In this document: positions 52,018 to 61,333 of the stretch, in pieces | Layout of the letters: every line of letters begins with the position of its first letter | Numbering within the stretch: position 1 is the first letter of the stretch | NCBI GenBank assembly: GCA_963705125.1 | Contig: CAVPIY010000012.1 | Span: 722,443-786,442 of the forward strand | Direction: 5' to 3' | DNA: 64,000 nucleotides | Source of the DNA: an uncultured Bacteroidales bacterium | GTDB taxonomy: Bacteria; Bacteroidota; Bacteroidia; Bacteroidales; UBA10428 | Made by a program: the position numbers and the translations under genes | The notes under the pieces: generated by a model | The model's input: only the letters and a program-made list of their open reading frames with translations | Told to the model about the DNA's origin: nothing | The model's database searches: none

Positions 52018-54383
52018 TTAATTCGCATTACTCACAAAAAACAAAGCCTGCGACCCCCCCAGATCGAGCTGGAATTCTGTCAGCACGATCCCGTTTTGAG
52101 AACTATGTTTGCACTCAACCGGGCGTGATTCACCTGTATCCGGGTCCCATATGGCAAGATCCTGTTTACCCCTCAGCCGGATGGTTGTAATGACCGGATC
52201 CCCTGAGGAATTGGAAAAGAAGTAAATGTCATGACCCTCTTTCACCTTATGGGTATAAGTCAGCGCTCCATGGTAATTCTTGATCGAATCATTGTTGAAG
52301 AAAATAAAATCAACTTCTCCGATTTTGTTTCTGATTGATCTCATTTTTTCATAGGGATTCCCAAGCTCAAGTTCCTTAAACGTAACATCCCTGACCGGCA
52401 GACACAGGTCAACTGCTTCATTAAGCAAGACCGGCGCAGGACTTGGAAGGAAACAGGATTTCCCTCCCTGTTGATTTGAATTCTCCAGATATTTGCCTGT
52501 CATGGTATACTTGTTATTCAGCAAGGCTTCTCTGTCAATTCCAAAAACTTTCATCATGGCATCCCGGACGACTTCATCCTTCCCAAATTCTGCTGAATAA
52601 TACGGAAGCATACTGGTAGCAATGATCTTTCCTCCCTGGTTATAATAGGCCAGAAGCTTTTCCGCATTGCTTGCCCTGATCGTTGATCCTCCGGGTAAAA
52701 TAATGAGCTTGTAATCTTCAGAATTTTTTGCATTTGCCAGATGGATCTCATCCTTTTCAATTTTGCATTTTGCATCAAATACTTCAGGATGCAGATAAGT
52801 ATAGTCCAGCCTGAGCATCCGGAAAAGATATTCGCCTACTGTCATGTAGTCAAATTCTTTTGGCATCTTACCCCCCAGATACGCATATTCCCATCCCTCG
52901 CCAAACACATTATAAGCCATGGCAGAAGCAATCGGGTATAATACGGCTACATCCGAAACATGTCTGCCCCCCTGCAACATGTAACTCAACCGCCCGATAT
53001 ATTTATTAAAATCCTGCGTTTCACCCAGGCTCATTTTTTCTTCAATCCCGGAAGGGAAAGGAGTCTGCATATTGATGCCCATGGCATACTGATCCATGGC
53101 AACCCTGTAGGCGGTATCCTTATTAATTACGCCATAGGCAGCATATGTCTCCGCCCAGGTGACGGGTTTGTCATAATTGTAGGAAGCGGAGGTAACAATC
53201 TTATACCCCGTATTTGCCCTGCCCCAGAAGAATATATCATCAGCAGCCGGCACATCCTGATATTCAAATATCTTCATTAAATCTCCGTTGCTCATCACAG
53301 GATTGGGAATCTCTTCCTGATCCATATGCCCGGATAGTCTGAGATTATGTTTTGCACACCAGTCATTGAGCTGCTTTATGAAAGCTTCAGCGTACATTTC
53401 AGTCCTTAATCCCATGCAGTGCATTTCGCGCTGATGCGGTTTTTTCCCCGATATCATACCACAGGGCCGGATAATATTTTATCGGCGATTCACCATATTT
53501 TTCAGTGAATTTTGTATTCAGATCTGCTGACCACATTCTGCCATCCAGCCAATGCAGGGAAGGCTCATCATAAAATGACATCGGGATCACCGTGCCAAAA
53601 TATTCGCCTACGGCATCATAAAATTTATCGTAGGAAATAGTGAGGAACTTCTCTACCGATTCCATTTCAATATAATTAATGATACCCGGGATTTCGGATC
53701 TTTAAAACCGCTTCATGGTTCAGATAAAATCCCATGAGTTTCCAGTCGCCTTGGCAACAGGGATACTCAGCATTTTTCCCTGAATCTGATCGCTGACATC
53801 CTTTAATGATTTATCACCCTGGTTCATCAATACCGCACCGAGAACAGTACCCTCCGGAAAAGTAATCATCAATGTACCCTTGCCTTTCCTGTCTGCTTCC
53901 ACCTTATCCAGCCTGGAAGCCATCAATTGAGGAAACTTCTGATAAAACTGTCCTGCCACGGTGCCTGTCGGAAATGCATAATCGTCATACAGTATAACCT
54001 GCATGCCTGAACTTCTTTGCTTCCTCCACAGCAGCTTTATAAACATTAAGAAATTCGGCGCTTAAATAAACCAGCCCTTTATCACCCAAACTCAGGTGGG
54101 GATTTGCCTGTGTTATATAACCCTTATCCAGGTCACCAGCATTTGCATTGTTTGAAACGATGAAAACACCTCCGTAGCCTTTTTCCTTTGAATCATGAAT
54201 CATATCCGTTGCACTTTCAATATCCAGGGTTCTCAGATCAAATTCGCGACCGGCGTATGCCCTGTAAACCGGGTCAGGATTGGTAAACTGTTTGGAATCA
54301 GGAAACGGGATTTTATGATTGCAGCCTGGAAAGAATGGCAACAACAGGAACAGGATGAATAGACAATATTTTCTGTTTTTCAT
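52018..54383 (-). pseudogene. glycoside hydrolase-like protein (tentatively GH106-like), 3 frameshifts
   Basis: The signal is MKNRKYCLFILFLLLPFFPGC. FTNPDPVYR...KEKGYGGVF parallels the paralog at 55558-57858. Frameshifts lie near 53430, 53690 and 54010. Confidence 0.4.
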
Positions 54384-54444
54384 GAAGAATTGGATTAAAA
54401 TCATTCTAAGAAAATACCCTGATAATTTTCATGCCTGCCGCTTG

Positions 54445-55545
54445 CTAATACTTACCAAACTCCCTGACAGCCTGAATCATCGCTTCTACGGTTTCCATGC
54501 TGACATCAGCCTGCAGGATATGGGCCGGAGCAAGCAGGTATCCCCTGTCCTTGCCCAGAATATCAATCCTTCTCTTTATCTCCTGCCGGATGTTCTCTGC
54601 ATTGCCTGAAGGAAGCAGATCCTGCTGGTCGATTCCGCCAAAGAAGGAGACCCTGTCCCCGTATTTATCCTTAAGTTCTTGTGGATCAGAACCCGGAACA
54701 TTGGGCTGTACAGGATTGTATACATCCACGCCGATTTCGATGAAATCGTCAAGGAGCGGTGCCACGGCTCCATCCGAATGCATGATTACAATGATATCGG
54801 GGTTCACCTGACGCATTTTTTCGATCATACGCTTATGCCGTGGTTTGAATTTCACCCGCCAGTCATCAGGCGATATAAGTGTGGAAGTCTGGCTTCCCAG
54901 GTCTTCCCCAAGCCATACGGCGTCAACACCGGCTTTTACAAGTTGAAGCGCCAGTCCGGTGCTCCATTCTTCCACCCTGTCATTCAGCAGGTCAAGCCAG
55001 GGTTCTTCGCACATCATGGCCATCATGTACTTTTCCAACCCGGTCAGATGCCAGGCCAGTTCAAAAAGGGATATCTCCACATCACCCATTATGAAATAGT
55101 CCTTTCCAAACCGGTCGATGTCCCGTTTGGCCTTTTCAAACCTTCCCGGGGCATAGGCATCCGGATAAGCATATTTTTCAATATCCTCAATTGATTCAGC
55201 GTGATCCAGCGGACATTTTACCACTTCAACATACAGCGGAGTGGGCTTCATAAACATGCCAAACTCATTCTTTGTGATATTTTCACTTACCGGTTCAGGG
55301 ACATAACCGTTTGACACCGTGCCACCAACCACCACAACATCGCTGCCGAGCTTTGTTCTGATCTCATTGGCTGATATCCGGTAAGTCAGATCTTCGTAAT
55401 ACGACAGCGCATAATCAGGTTGAATACCCAGTTTTTTGCCAAATTCTTCTGTCAGCTGTCTGCAAAGGTCGAATTGTACCGGAATCCTGTCCGGATTTCC
55501 GCTTTGCTTTCTGAAAGCTTTTAATACCCTTGTTTTCGAATTCAT
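54445..55545 (-). CDS. uroporphyrinogen decarboxylase (URO-D) family protein
   Basis: An intact 366-aa ORF with URO-D-like segments (RIPVQFDL, VWLGEDLGSQ, VIMHSDG, LAPAHILQADV). Confidence 0.6.
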   Translation of the reverse strand: MNSKTRVLKAFRKQSGNPDRIPVQFDLCRQLTEEFGKKLGIQPDYALSYYEDLTYRISANEIRTKLGSDVVVVGGTVSNGYVPEPVSENITKNEFGMFMKPTPLYVEVVKCPLDHAESIEDIEKYAYPDAYAPGRFEKAKRDIDRFGKDYFIMGDVEISLFELAWHLTGLEKYMMAMMCEEPWLDLLNDRVEEWSTGLALQLVKAGVDAVWLGEDLGSQTSTLISPDDWRVKFKPRHKRMIEKMRQVNPDIIVIMHSDGAVAPLLDDFIEIGVDVYNPVQPNVPGSDPQELKDKYGDRVSFFGGIDQQDLLPSGNAENIRQEIKRRIDILGKDRGYLLAPAHILQADVSMETVEAMIQAVREFGKY

Positions 55546-55557
55546 ACTATTGATTTT

Positions 55558-57858
55558 TTATTGTTTGAAAACAATCAATGTGGATCCGAAGGGATCCAGA
55601 TGTACCGGCAACATTGTCCTGCTGCCACTTTGGCTGCCTTTGACGATTTCTATCGAGCCTATCAGGGGATCCCAGATTTCAGCACTGCCTGTGGCACTGA
55701 AGGTAACATTTCTTTGTACCGGCTGATCAGATAGGTTGATCAGATAGTAAACATCTGTCTGATCATCTCTCCTGTGGTTGTAAAATAACTCACGGAAGGA
55801 CTTATCCAGGGTCAGATCCGGTCTGCAAAAAGTTTTAGCAGCCTTCGAAACATCAGGGATCAGGGTTACGATTCTGACATGGTCTGATTGCTTCAGTTCA
55901 CCCGATAGTTGGCGGATAACCGTGGTCTCCTGAGCACTCAAACCCAATTGCGGGAGTTGTCCAAGCGCAACCACATATCCACCTGATGCAACAAAGGCGG
56001 CTATTTTCCTGTAGGTTTCCAGCGGGATGATCCTGGTCTCGGGCAATACCAGGCAGCTGAAATTCTCTCCGGTCACAGCAAGCCGGCCATCCACTATGAC
56101 TGACTCAAGTAAGGCCTGGTCATCGAGGTAATCGAAATCGGTCTGTGCGGCCAGCAGTTCTCCGGATACTTCACCAAATGCGGCGTCAACGCGTTGGGCA
56201 CTGGGTAAATCGGGAGTGTAGGGAATGATATGTGTGTACAGGTAGAGCTTATCCTTTTTGTTGACAGCCACCGGTGATTCTGTACGCATAGGATCGGGAG
56301 GTTCCCAGGTAGTTTTTGCCGTGGGGGTCAGACTGCCCCACATGGTCTGGATTGGGTAATAGACCGCCACATCCGCAACGTGCTTTCCTTTTGACAAGAC
56401 CAGCCCCAATCTGCCAGTAAAATCATTGAATATTTTTCTTTCTTTATCCGTGAATTCACCATAACCATAATAGGAAGTCACCCGCGTCAAACCCAGGGCA
56501 TACTGGTATCCCACAGTGGCCAGCCGCATATCGAATGAAACAGGCATCTTCACAGACCTTTCCTGATGAGAGGAGGTTTCACTCATGTTCTCCCATAAAC
56601 CAGTCATGTGGGTTACCGAGCTCACAAATTTTGGAACCGGGATCTGGGTGGAGCGGGCCAGTGCCATGGGATCGGATGTAAGCATATCCAGGCCCGGAAG
56701 ATCCATTCTCCGGAGATCCCTGTATAAATTGCCTTCATATACTGCATGCCAGTAGAGGCTTTCTTCCAGAAGGGCATGCCCTGATGCTGCCGGTCCGTTT
56801 GCCCTGCACCAGCTCTGGATCTGTCCGTAATAGTTTTCCTCGATCAGGGAAGAAACAAATCCCCAGAAATCAAGGCGCCTGTATATCGTCTCCGGCCCCC
56901 CATCCTCGAACAGATAGGGCAGGATTGAAACCGGATCATATGCGTACTTATACCTGAATTCTTCCCGGAAGGTCCGGCTCCAGGGTATGGCAGGAAGCAG
57001 TCCGTCTTCACTCTTCAGGTAAGAGGTCATTAAAGAGGGTTCATCAGTAAACACAGCGCGTATGTAGTTCCTGGTCTCTTCCGGTGCTCTTGCCTTATAG
57101 GCCTCATGAGTTAGGGTGATGAAACGGTTCATGGCATCCCTGTCCAGTATATTGATATACCGGTTAGTATCGGAGACATTGGCTACGATATGTGTTCCTT
57201 CATACATCCGTTTGATGAGGAAAGAAAGAACACCCCATTGTGCCTTATCAGGAGCGGTCCATTCCAAAGTATGATTGATCCGTTTGTAACCGGTCAGATC
57301 AATCATTTTTGAGAAATCATACAACCCGTCTTTTACCGGAGCTGCACAAATGAGCAGGGGTTCTTTACTGTAGCGCTTGCCGGAAGGCAATTGGTGCGAA
57401 AGTTTACCCCACCCTTCTGTACGACTGTACACAACACCAATTGTCTCATATTCAGGGTGATCCTTTAATGTCAATACACCAGCCTTGCCACTGGGATATC
57501 CCTTTTCATCATAAAGCCAGAAATCCATGCCCAGGCTGCGGCATTGTTTCATGTAATCCAGGAAAAGCTGCCACTCCGTTTCGTCCTGCAAATAATTACT
57601 GAATCCCACATTGGAAACCACCCCGCCGTATCCGTACTTTTTCAGGCTGTCGAGGATACCGTCGAGCGCAGGCTGATGTGTGATTTGCAGCATCCGGTAT
57701 TTTATGGGAGGATTCAGGAATTCCTTTGCCAGGGTTGACAAATCAATGACATTAACCCGGTTGAAGGGCTCCTGTGCATGTAATGATCCGCTAAGGACAA
57801 ACCCCAGGCAAAGAAGCAAACATTTTCCGGGTATAGTAAAACGTTTTGAGTTATTCAT
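55558..57858 (-). CDS. glycoside hydrolase-like protein (tentatively GH106-like)
   Basis: An intact 766-aa ORF with a signal peptide and FLNPPIKYR...KKYGYGGVVSN...LYDEKGYPSGKAG. Confidence 0.4.
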   Translation of the reverse strand: MNNSKRFTIPGKCLLLCLGFVLSGSLHAQEPFNRVNVIDLSTLAKEFLNPPIKYRMLQITHQPALDGILDSLKKYGYGGVVSNVGFSNYLQDETEWQLFLDYMKQCRSLGMDFWLYDEKGYPSGKAGVLTLKDHPEYETIGVVYSRTEGWGKLSHQLPSGKRYSKEPLLICAAPVKDGLYDFSKMIDLTGYKRINHTLEWTAPDKAQWGVLSFLIKRMYEGTHIVANVSDTNRYINILDRDAMNRFITLTHEAYKARAPEETRNYIRAVFTDEPSLMTSYLKSEDGLLPAIPWSRTFREEFRYKYAYDPVSILPYLFEDGGPETIYRRLDFWGFVSSLIEENYYGQIQSWCRANGPAASGHALLEESLYWHAVYEGNLYRDLRRMDLPGLDMLTSDPMALARSTQIPVPKFVSSVTHMTGLWENMSETSSHQERSVKMPVSFDMRLATVGYQYALGLTRVTSYYGYGEFTDKERKIFNDFTGRLGLVLSKGKHVADVAVYYPIQTMWGSLTPTAKTTWEPPDPMRTESPVAVNKKDKLYLYTHIIPYTPDLPSAQRVDAAFGEVSGELLAAQTDFDYLDDQALLESVIVDGRLAVTGENFSCLVLPETRIIPLETYRKIAAFVASGGYVVALGQLPQLGLSAQETTVIRQLSGELKQSDHVRIVTLIPDVSKAAKTFCRPDLTLDKSFRELFYNHRRDDQTDVYYLINLSDQPVQRNVTFSATGSAEIWDPLIGSIEIVKGSQSGSRTMLPVHLDPFGSTLIVFKQ

Positions 57859-57901
57859 TTTTTAGTGTCCGGTTAAATTATGGTAGTTCTCATTCACCTT
57901 T

Positions 57902-58113
57902 AATAATTCAACCTCTACGAGGTTGTAATAGATAGACTTTATTATATACATGCTACAGTAATGCAACTTCTATGAAGTTGATTGATAGCCAGCAATTGTA
58001 TATGCCACAGTAATGCAAATACTATGAAATTGACTTATATCCTCGTAGAGGATATATTTTTGTAGCATAATTATTTACATATTTATTTGCAACCTCGTAG
58101 AGGTTGAATTATT
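57902..58113. repeat. hairpin-rich spacer bounded by a perfect 24-nt inverted repeat
   Basis: AATAATTCAACCTCTACGAGGTTG (57902-57925) is the exact reverse complement of 58090-58113. Internal ~36-nt direct repeats lie at 57950-57985 and 58002-58037, and a further hairpin ATCCTC-GTA-GAGGAT is present. Confidence 0.9.
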
Positions 58114-58126
58114 CATTATCCGGATT

Positions 58127-61033
58127 TTATCGTTCGCATATATAAATCCATTTCCCTGATGTATTTGCATCGATCTCCAGGGTTACGGCATCATGATCCA
58201 GGCTGAACCGCAGGGATTTGAAGGCTTTACCCTGCCTTGTAACAAGCCGGACACCCTTTATCCCCGAACGAATCGGAATATATATCCTGCCGGCTCCTTC
58301 GGTAAACACCTTAGCAATCGCCTTCAGTTCTGCCGCTTCCTGTTCACTTACACCTGTCCACACGATGATTGGTTGTTCCGTATCACTCAGTTTAAATGAC
58401 CTGCCATCCACCGTCACCTCTTTGCACTGGTGCCCTTCGAATGAAGTCAGCCGTCCATCAGGGCCTGTATTGAAAGCTGTGATGAGTCTTCCGGAATAGG
58501 TTACAATATGTCCATTCACCCTGAAATCCTTCAGTGTAATCTGGTCGGTGGGCAGGGGATTTTCCTGAAGGGCGAGGTTATCCAGTGAATCATTCCTGGA
58601 AAAACCATCCGGCCAGTTTTCGCGGTGAGTTCTGTAATGCCTTGCTATAACAGTGGTACCGTTTAGAAACCGGGTAGCAAGATAGTCGGATGTACGTGAA
58701 ACGTATTCTGTATTGTCGTTTACATCCTTAAACTTTTCAGTCGACGGATATGCTCCTGCAGCAGCAAGGATCCCAAAAAGCGTTCCGGTTTCATAACCCA
58801 GGCTGGCCGACTGATCATCACGGGGACGGAAACCAAAATAATACATTCCCCCTTTACCGGTAATCTTTCGTGAGCCAACCGGCATTCCATCCACTTCAGC
58901 TTCCTGTTCGGATCCAGTATTCAAGGTGACCGGATATACGTGGTCAACCAAAAAATCCGTAAGAATTACCTGGGAGGGAACCTTATTAAACTGGTTAATG
59001 AAGGTCACTTGCTTTCCCGGGGCAACCTGGCCCGGAAACCAGGATGGTGTATAGGTGACTCCAAAAAGTGCATTCCACTTTTCTATGCAGGATATACCCC
59101 GGTTATCCAGCACCGGCGGGGGACCACACCAGATCACCCGACCGCCTGATTCGCCCAGTTGTTTCATCATATCCAGAAGTGCAGGAGGCGGGATCACCTC
59201 AAACAACGTCACGAGTGTAAAATATTTCCGTCCGTTCACTTCAATGAACCCCTCTGTATTTACCTTACCCAATTCTACCAGCTTTTCAGCCGTAATATAG
59301 TTTGCATAGGAATATTGGCTCATCCAGCTGCCGAATCGTTCTTCGGCTGCAACAAGGTTCATAGGGTAAAGGATCAGCACATTCACATCCCTGTGAAGAT
59401 TATCGGTAATGGCACGGATCGTTGGAGTAGCACTGCAGCCAAAGGCGCTGTTTATGGCCCATTTCCTTTCGGCTACCAGATCAGGCATTCCCCAGAATGC
59501 AGCATAGGCATTGGGGTATTTGTTCAAAACTCCAATGGATGCCGACATGGCTGCCCCGTAATAATCGCGGTCAGCCCACCCGCACTCGGCAAAATCGTTG
59601 CCGGTGGGCTGAAGATAATCTCCCCATTTGAAATAGTCGTAGCAAGCTGCAGCGGCCTGTTGTACCGCATTCGACCAGATAAAATTTGAGGTGTATTCGT
59701 ACTGATATGCTTCCATTTTCAGATTCCCTGCGTCCCAAAGATCAATGGTGGGGCTTTGAGCCCAGGATGCATGGGCACCATTATGCAGTTCGCGCTTATA
59801 CATGGATTCAGCATATTTTTTTGCCGCAATGAAAATATCAACAACCTTGTTATTCAGCATTTTATAATATCTATCCCGGAACAGGATGGTGCGGTGGATG
59901 GCTTCAGCTGTTTCACCCATCACATATTGCGTATTATTCACAGCATAGGGACTGTTTGTAATTGATTTGGGCCCGGAAACGAAATAGAGCATGTATTTAT
60001 CCATATCCGTGTATTCCTTTCCAAACGATGCGGCATATTGGGCTGCCATATTTTTGGTCATGTATCGCACACTGAGCTGGCCGTTATCATGGTGATTGTA
60101 ATAATACCAGTCCTGTTGAATATGCATTTCATCCGAATACAGTGAGGTAAGGTTAATACCGTTTTTATAGTATTTTTCCAGCATATTGTTTAAGAACCCG
60201 GGGACCTCCGGGCTGAAATAATCCATCTCCGGGGTTTCATATTCCAGCATGACCAGAACCCGATCATAACCGGGAAGCTGGTTATTCCCCTCACTGCATA
60301 TGTTTACACGCTGTATGGGAAGGGTGACGTCTGTGGCCAGGCTGGAAGGTTCCCAGGCCGGAATGATGGAAGTGGTGTCATAAAATTCGATATTGACACC
60401 GGATGTGATGCGCCGGATATCATCCGGGTTCACCACGCTGTACCTGCCATTGGCAATGACCTTTTCCCTGAATGCAAAGGCTTGCACACCTTTGAGTTTA
60501 AGCAGTATCTTGCCCTTGTTGTTGGTCCAGTATATTTGACGCCAAAGCTGAACATTGAACCGCCCTGTCCGGGAGTCGCGCACCCCCACTGCGTAATGCA
60601 TCCAGCGTCCGCCTTGGCCTGTCTTGTTAACAAATCCGGGACCGATATCAAGCGGGCTGAGCAGGCTTAATCCGATCCCCATGCTGTAACTGGCTGCAAA
60701 ATCACTGATCTTCTTGATTTTCATGATGTACTCATCCATGTCGGGAGTAAGCCTGCGCACAGTCCCTGCCTGTTCGCGGTATTGCCTGAAGAACTCATCA
60801 AAAGCGATCACCAGGGATTTATCACCCCTCTTTCTGGCTTCTTCACAGATCTCACGCAGACTGGCAAAACGTTTATCAAATCCGGTTGACAAATCGATTT
60901 TTTTATCGGGATCCATTAGATCAGACAACTGCTGATCACTGGTGAGAATGATGGTGGCGCTGAACGTTGGAGCGCCGGTGCAGAACCAGATGAGATTTAA
61001 TAATAAACATATTTTAACAACACATTTTTTCAT
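58127..61033 (-). CDS. hypothetical secreted protein, 968 aa
   Basis: A long intact ORF with an N-terminal signal-like segment (KICLLLNLIWFCTGAPTFSA). I recognise no family. Confidence 0.5.
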   Translation of the reverse strand: MKKCVVKICLLLNLIWFCTGAPTFSATIILTSDQQLSDLMDPDKKIDLSTGFDKRFASLREICEEARKRGDKSLVIAFDEFFRQYREQAGTVRRLTPDMDEYIMKIKKISDFAASYSMGIGLSLLSPLDIGPGFVNKTGQGGRWMHYAVGVRDSRTGRFNVQLWRQIYWTNNKGKILLKLKGVQAFAFREKVIANGRYSVVNPDDIRRITSGVNIEFYDTTSIIPAWEPSSLATDVTLPIQRVNICSEGNNQLPGYDRVLVMLEYETPEMDYFSPEVPGFLNNMLEKYYKNGINLTSLYSDEMHIQQDWYYYNHHDNGQLSVRYMTKNMAAQYAASFGKEYTDMDKYMLYFVSGPKSITNSPYAVNNTQYVMGETAEAIHRTILFRDRYYKMLNNKVVDIFIAAKKYAESMYKRELHNGAHASWAQSPTIDLWDAGNLKMEAYQYEYTSNFIWSNAVQQAAAACYDYFKWGDYLQPTGNDFAECGWADRDYYGAAMSASIGVLNKYPNAYAAFWGMPDLVAERKWAINSAFGCSATPTIRAITDNLHRDVNVLILYPMNLVAAEERFGSWMSQYSYANYITAEKLVELGKVNTEGFIEVNGRKYFTLVTLFEVIPPPALLDMMKQLGESGGRVIWCGPPPVLDNRGISCIEKWNALFGVTYTPSWFPGQVAPGKQVTFINQFNKVPSQVILTDFLVDHVYPVTLNTGSEQEAEVDGMPVGSRKITGKGGMYYFGFRPRDDQSASLGYETGTLFGILAAAGAYPSTEKFKDVNDNTEYVSRTSDYLATRFLNGTTVIARHYRTHRENWPDGFSRNDSLDNLALQENPLPTDQITLKDFRVNGHIVTYSGRLITAFNTGPDGRLTSFEGHQCKEVTVDGRSFKLSDTEQPIIVWTGVSEQEAAELKAIAKVFTEGAGRIYIPIRSGIKGVRLVTRQGKAFKSLRFSLDHDAVTLEIDANTSGKWIYICER

Positions 61034-61098
61034 GGTGTCACTGTATTTTGGTGGATAAATACTGGATTTTCGCTGAAAGGAAAATGTATAACAGGATA

Positions 61099-61300
61099 CG
61101 TCATTGCGAGGACTCCGTTTACAAGGCTAGGCCCCTTAACAAAAGATGATGGAGTCCGAAGCAATCTGAAAGGGTAAAACGGAGTAACTTTGGATAGGGT
61201 ACTTGGGATAAGTTTAGGGTACTCAGGCAGATTGCTTCGCCACAAATAGGCATGTGATTTCACAAATTTGAAATTCCAGAAAAGTGGCTCGCAATGACGC
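61099..61300. repeat. nested palindromic element, copy D (expanded)
   Basis: It has the same boxes: CGTCATTGCGAG (61099), CGAAGCAATCT (61157), AGATTGCTTCG (61229) and CTCGCAATGACG (61289). All three variable positions carry longer inserts. Confidence 0.8.
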
Positions 61301-61333
61301 GCTCTGTTTTTCATTTTATGCAATAAACTTAGT

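Noticed and set aside
61030-61323. A 97-aa ORF lies between the 968-aa gene and the GH78 gene.
   Set aside because: It is a read-through translation of the expanded nested palindromic element (copy D). Its conserved repeat boxes explain the sequence better than coding does.
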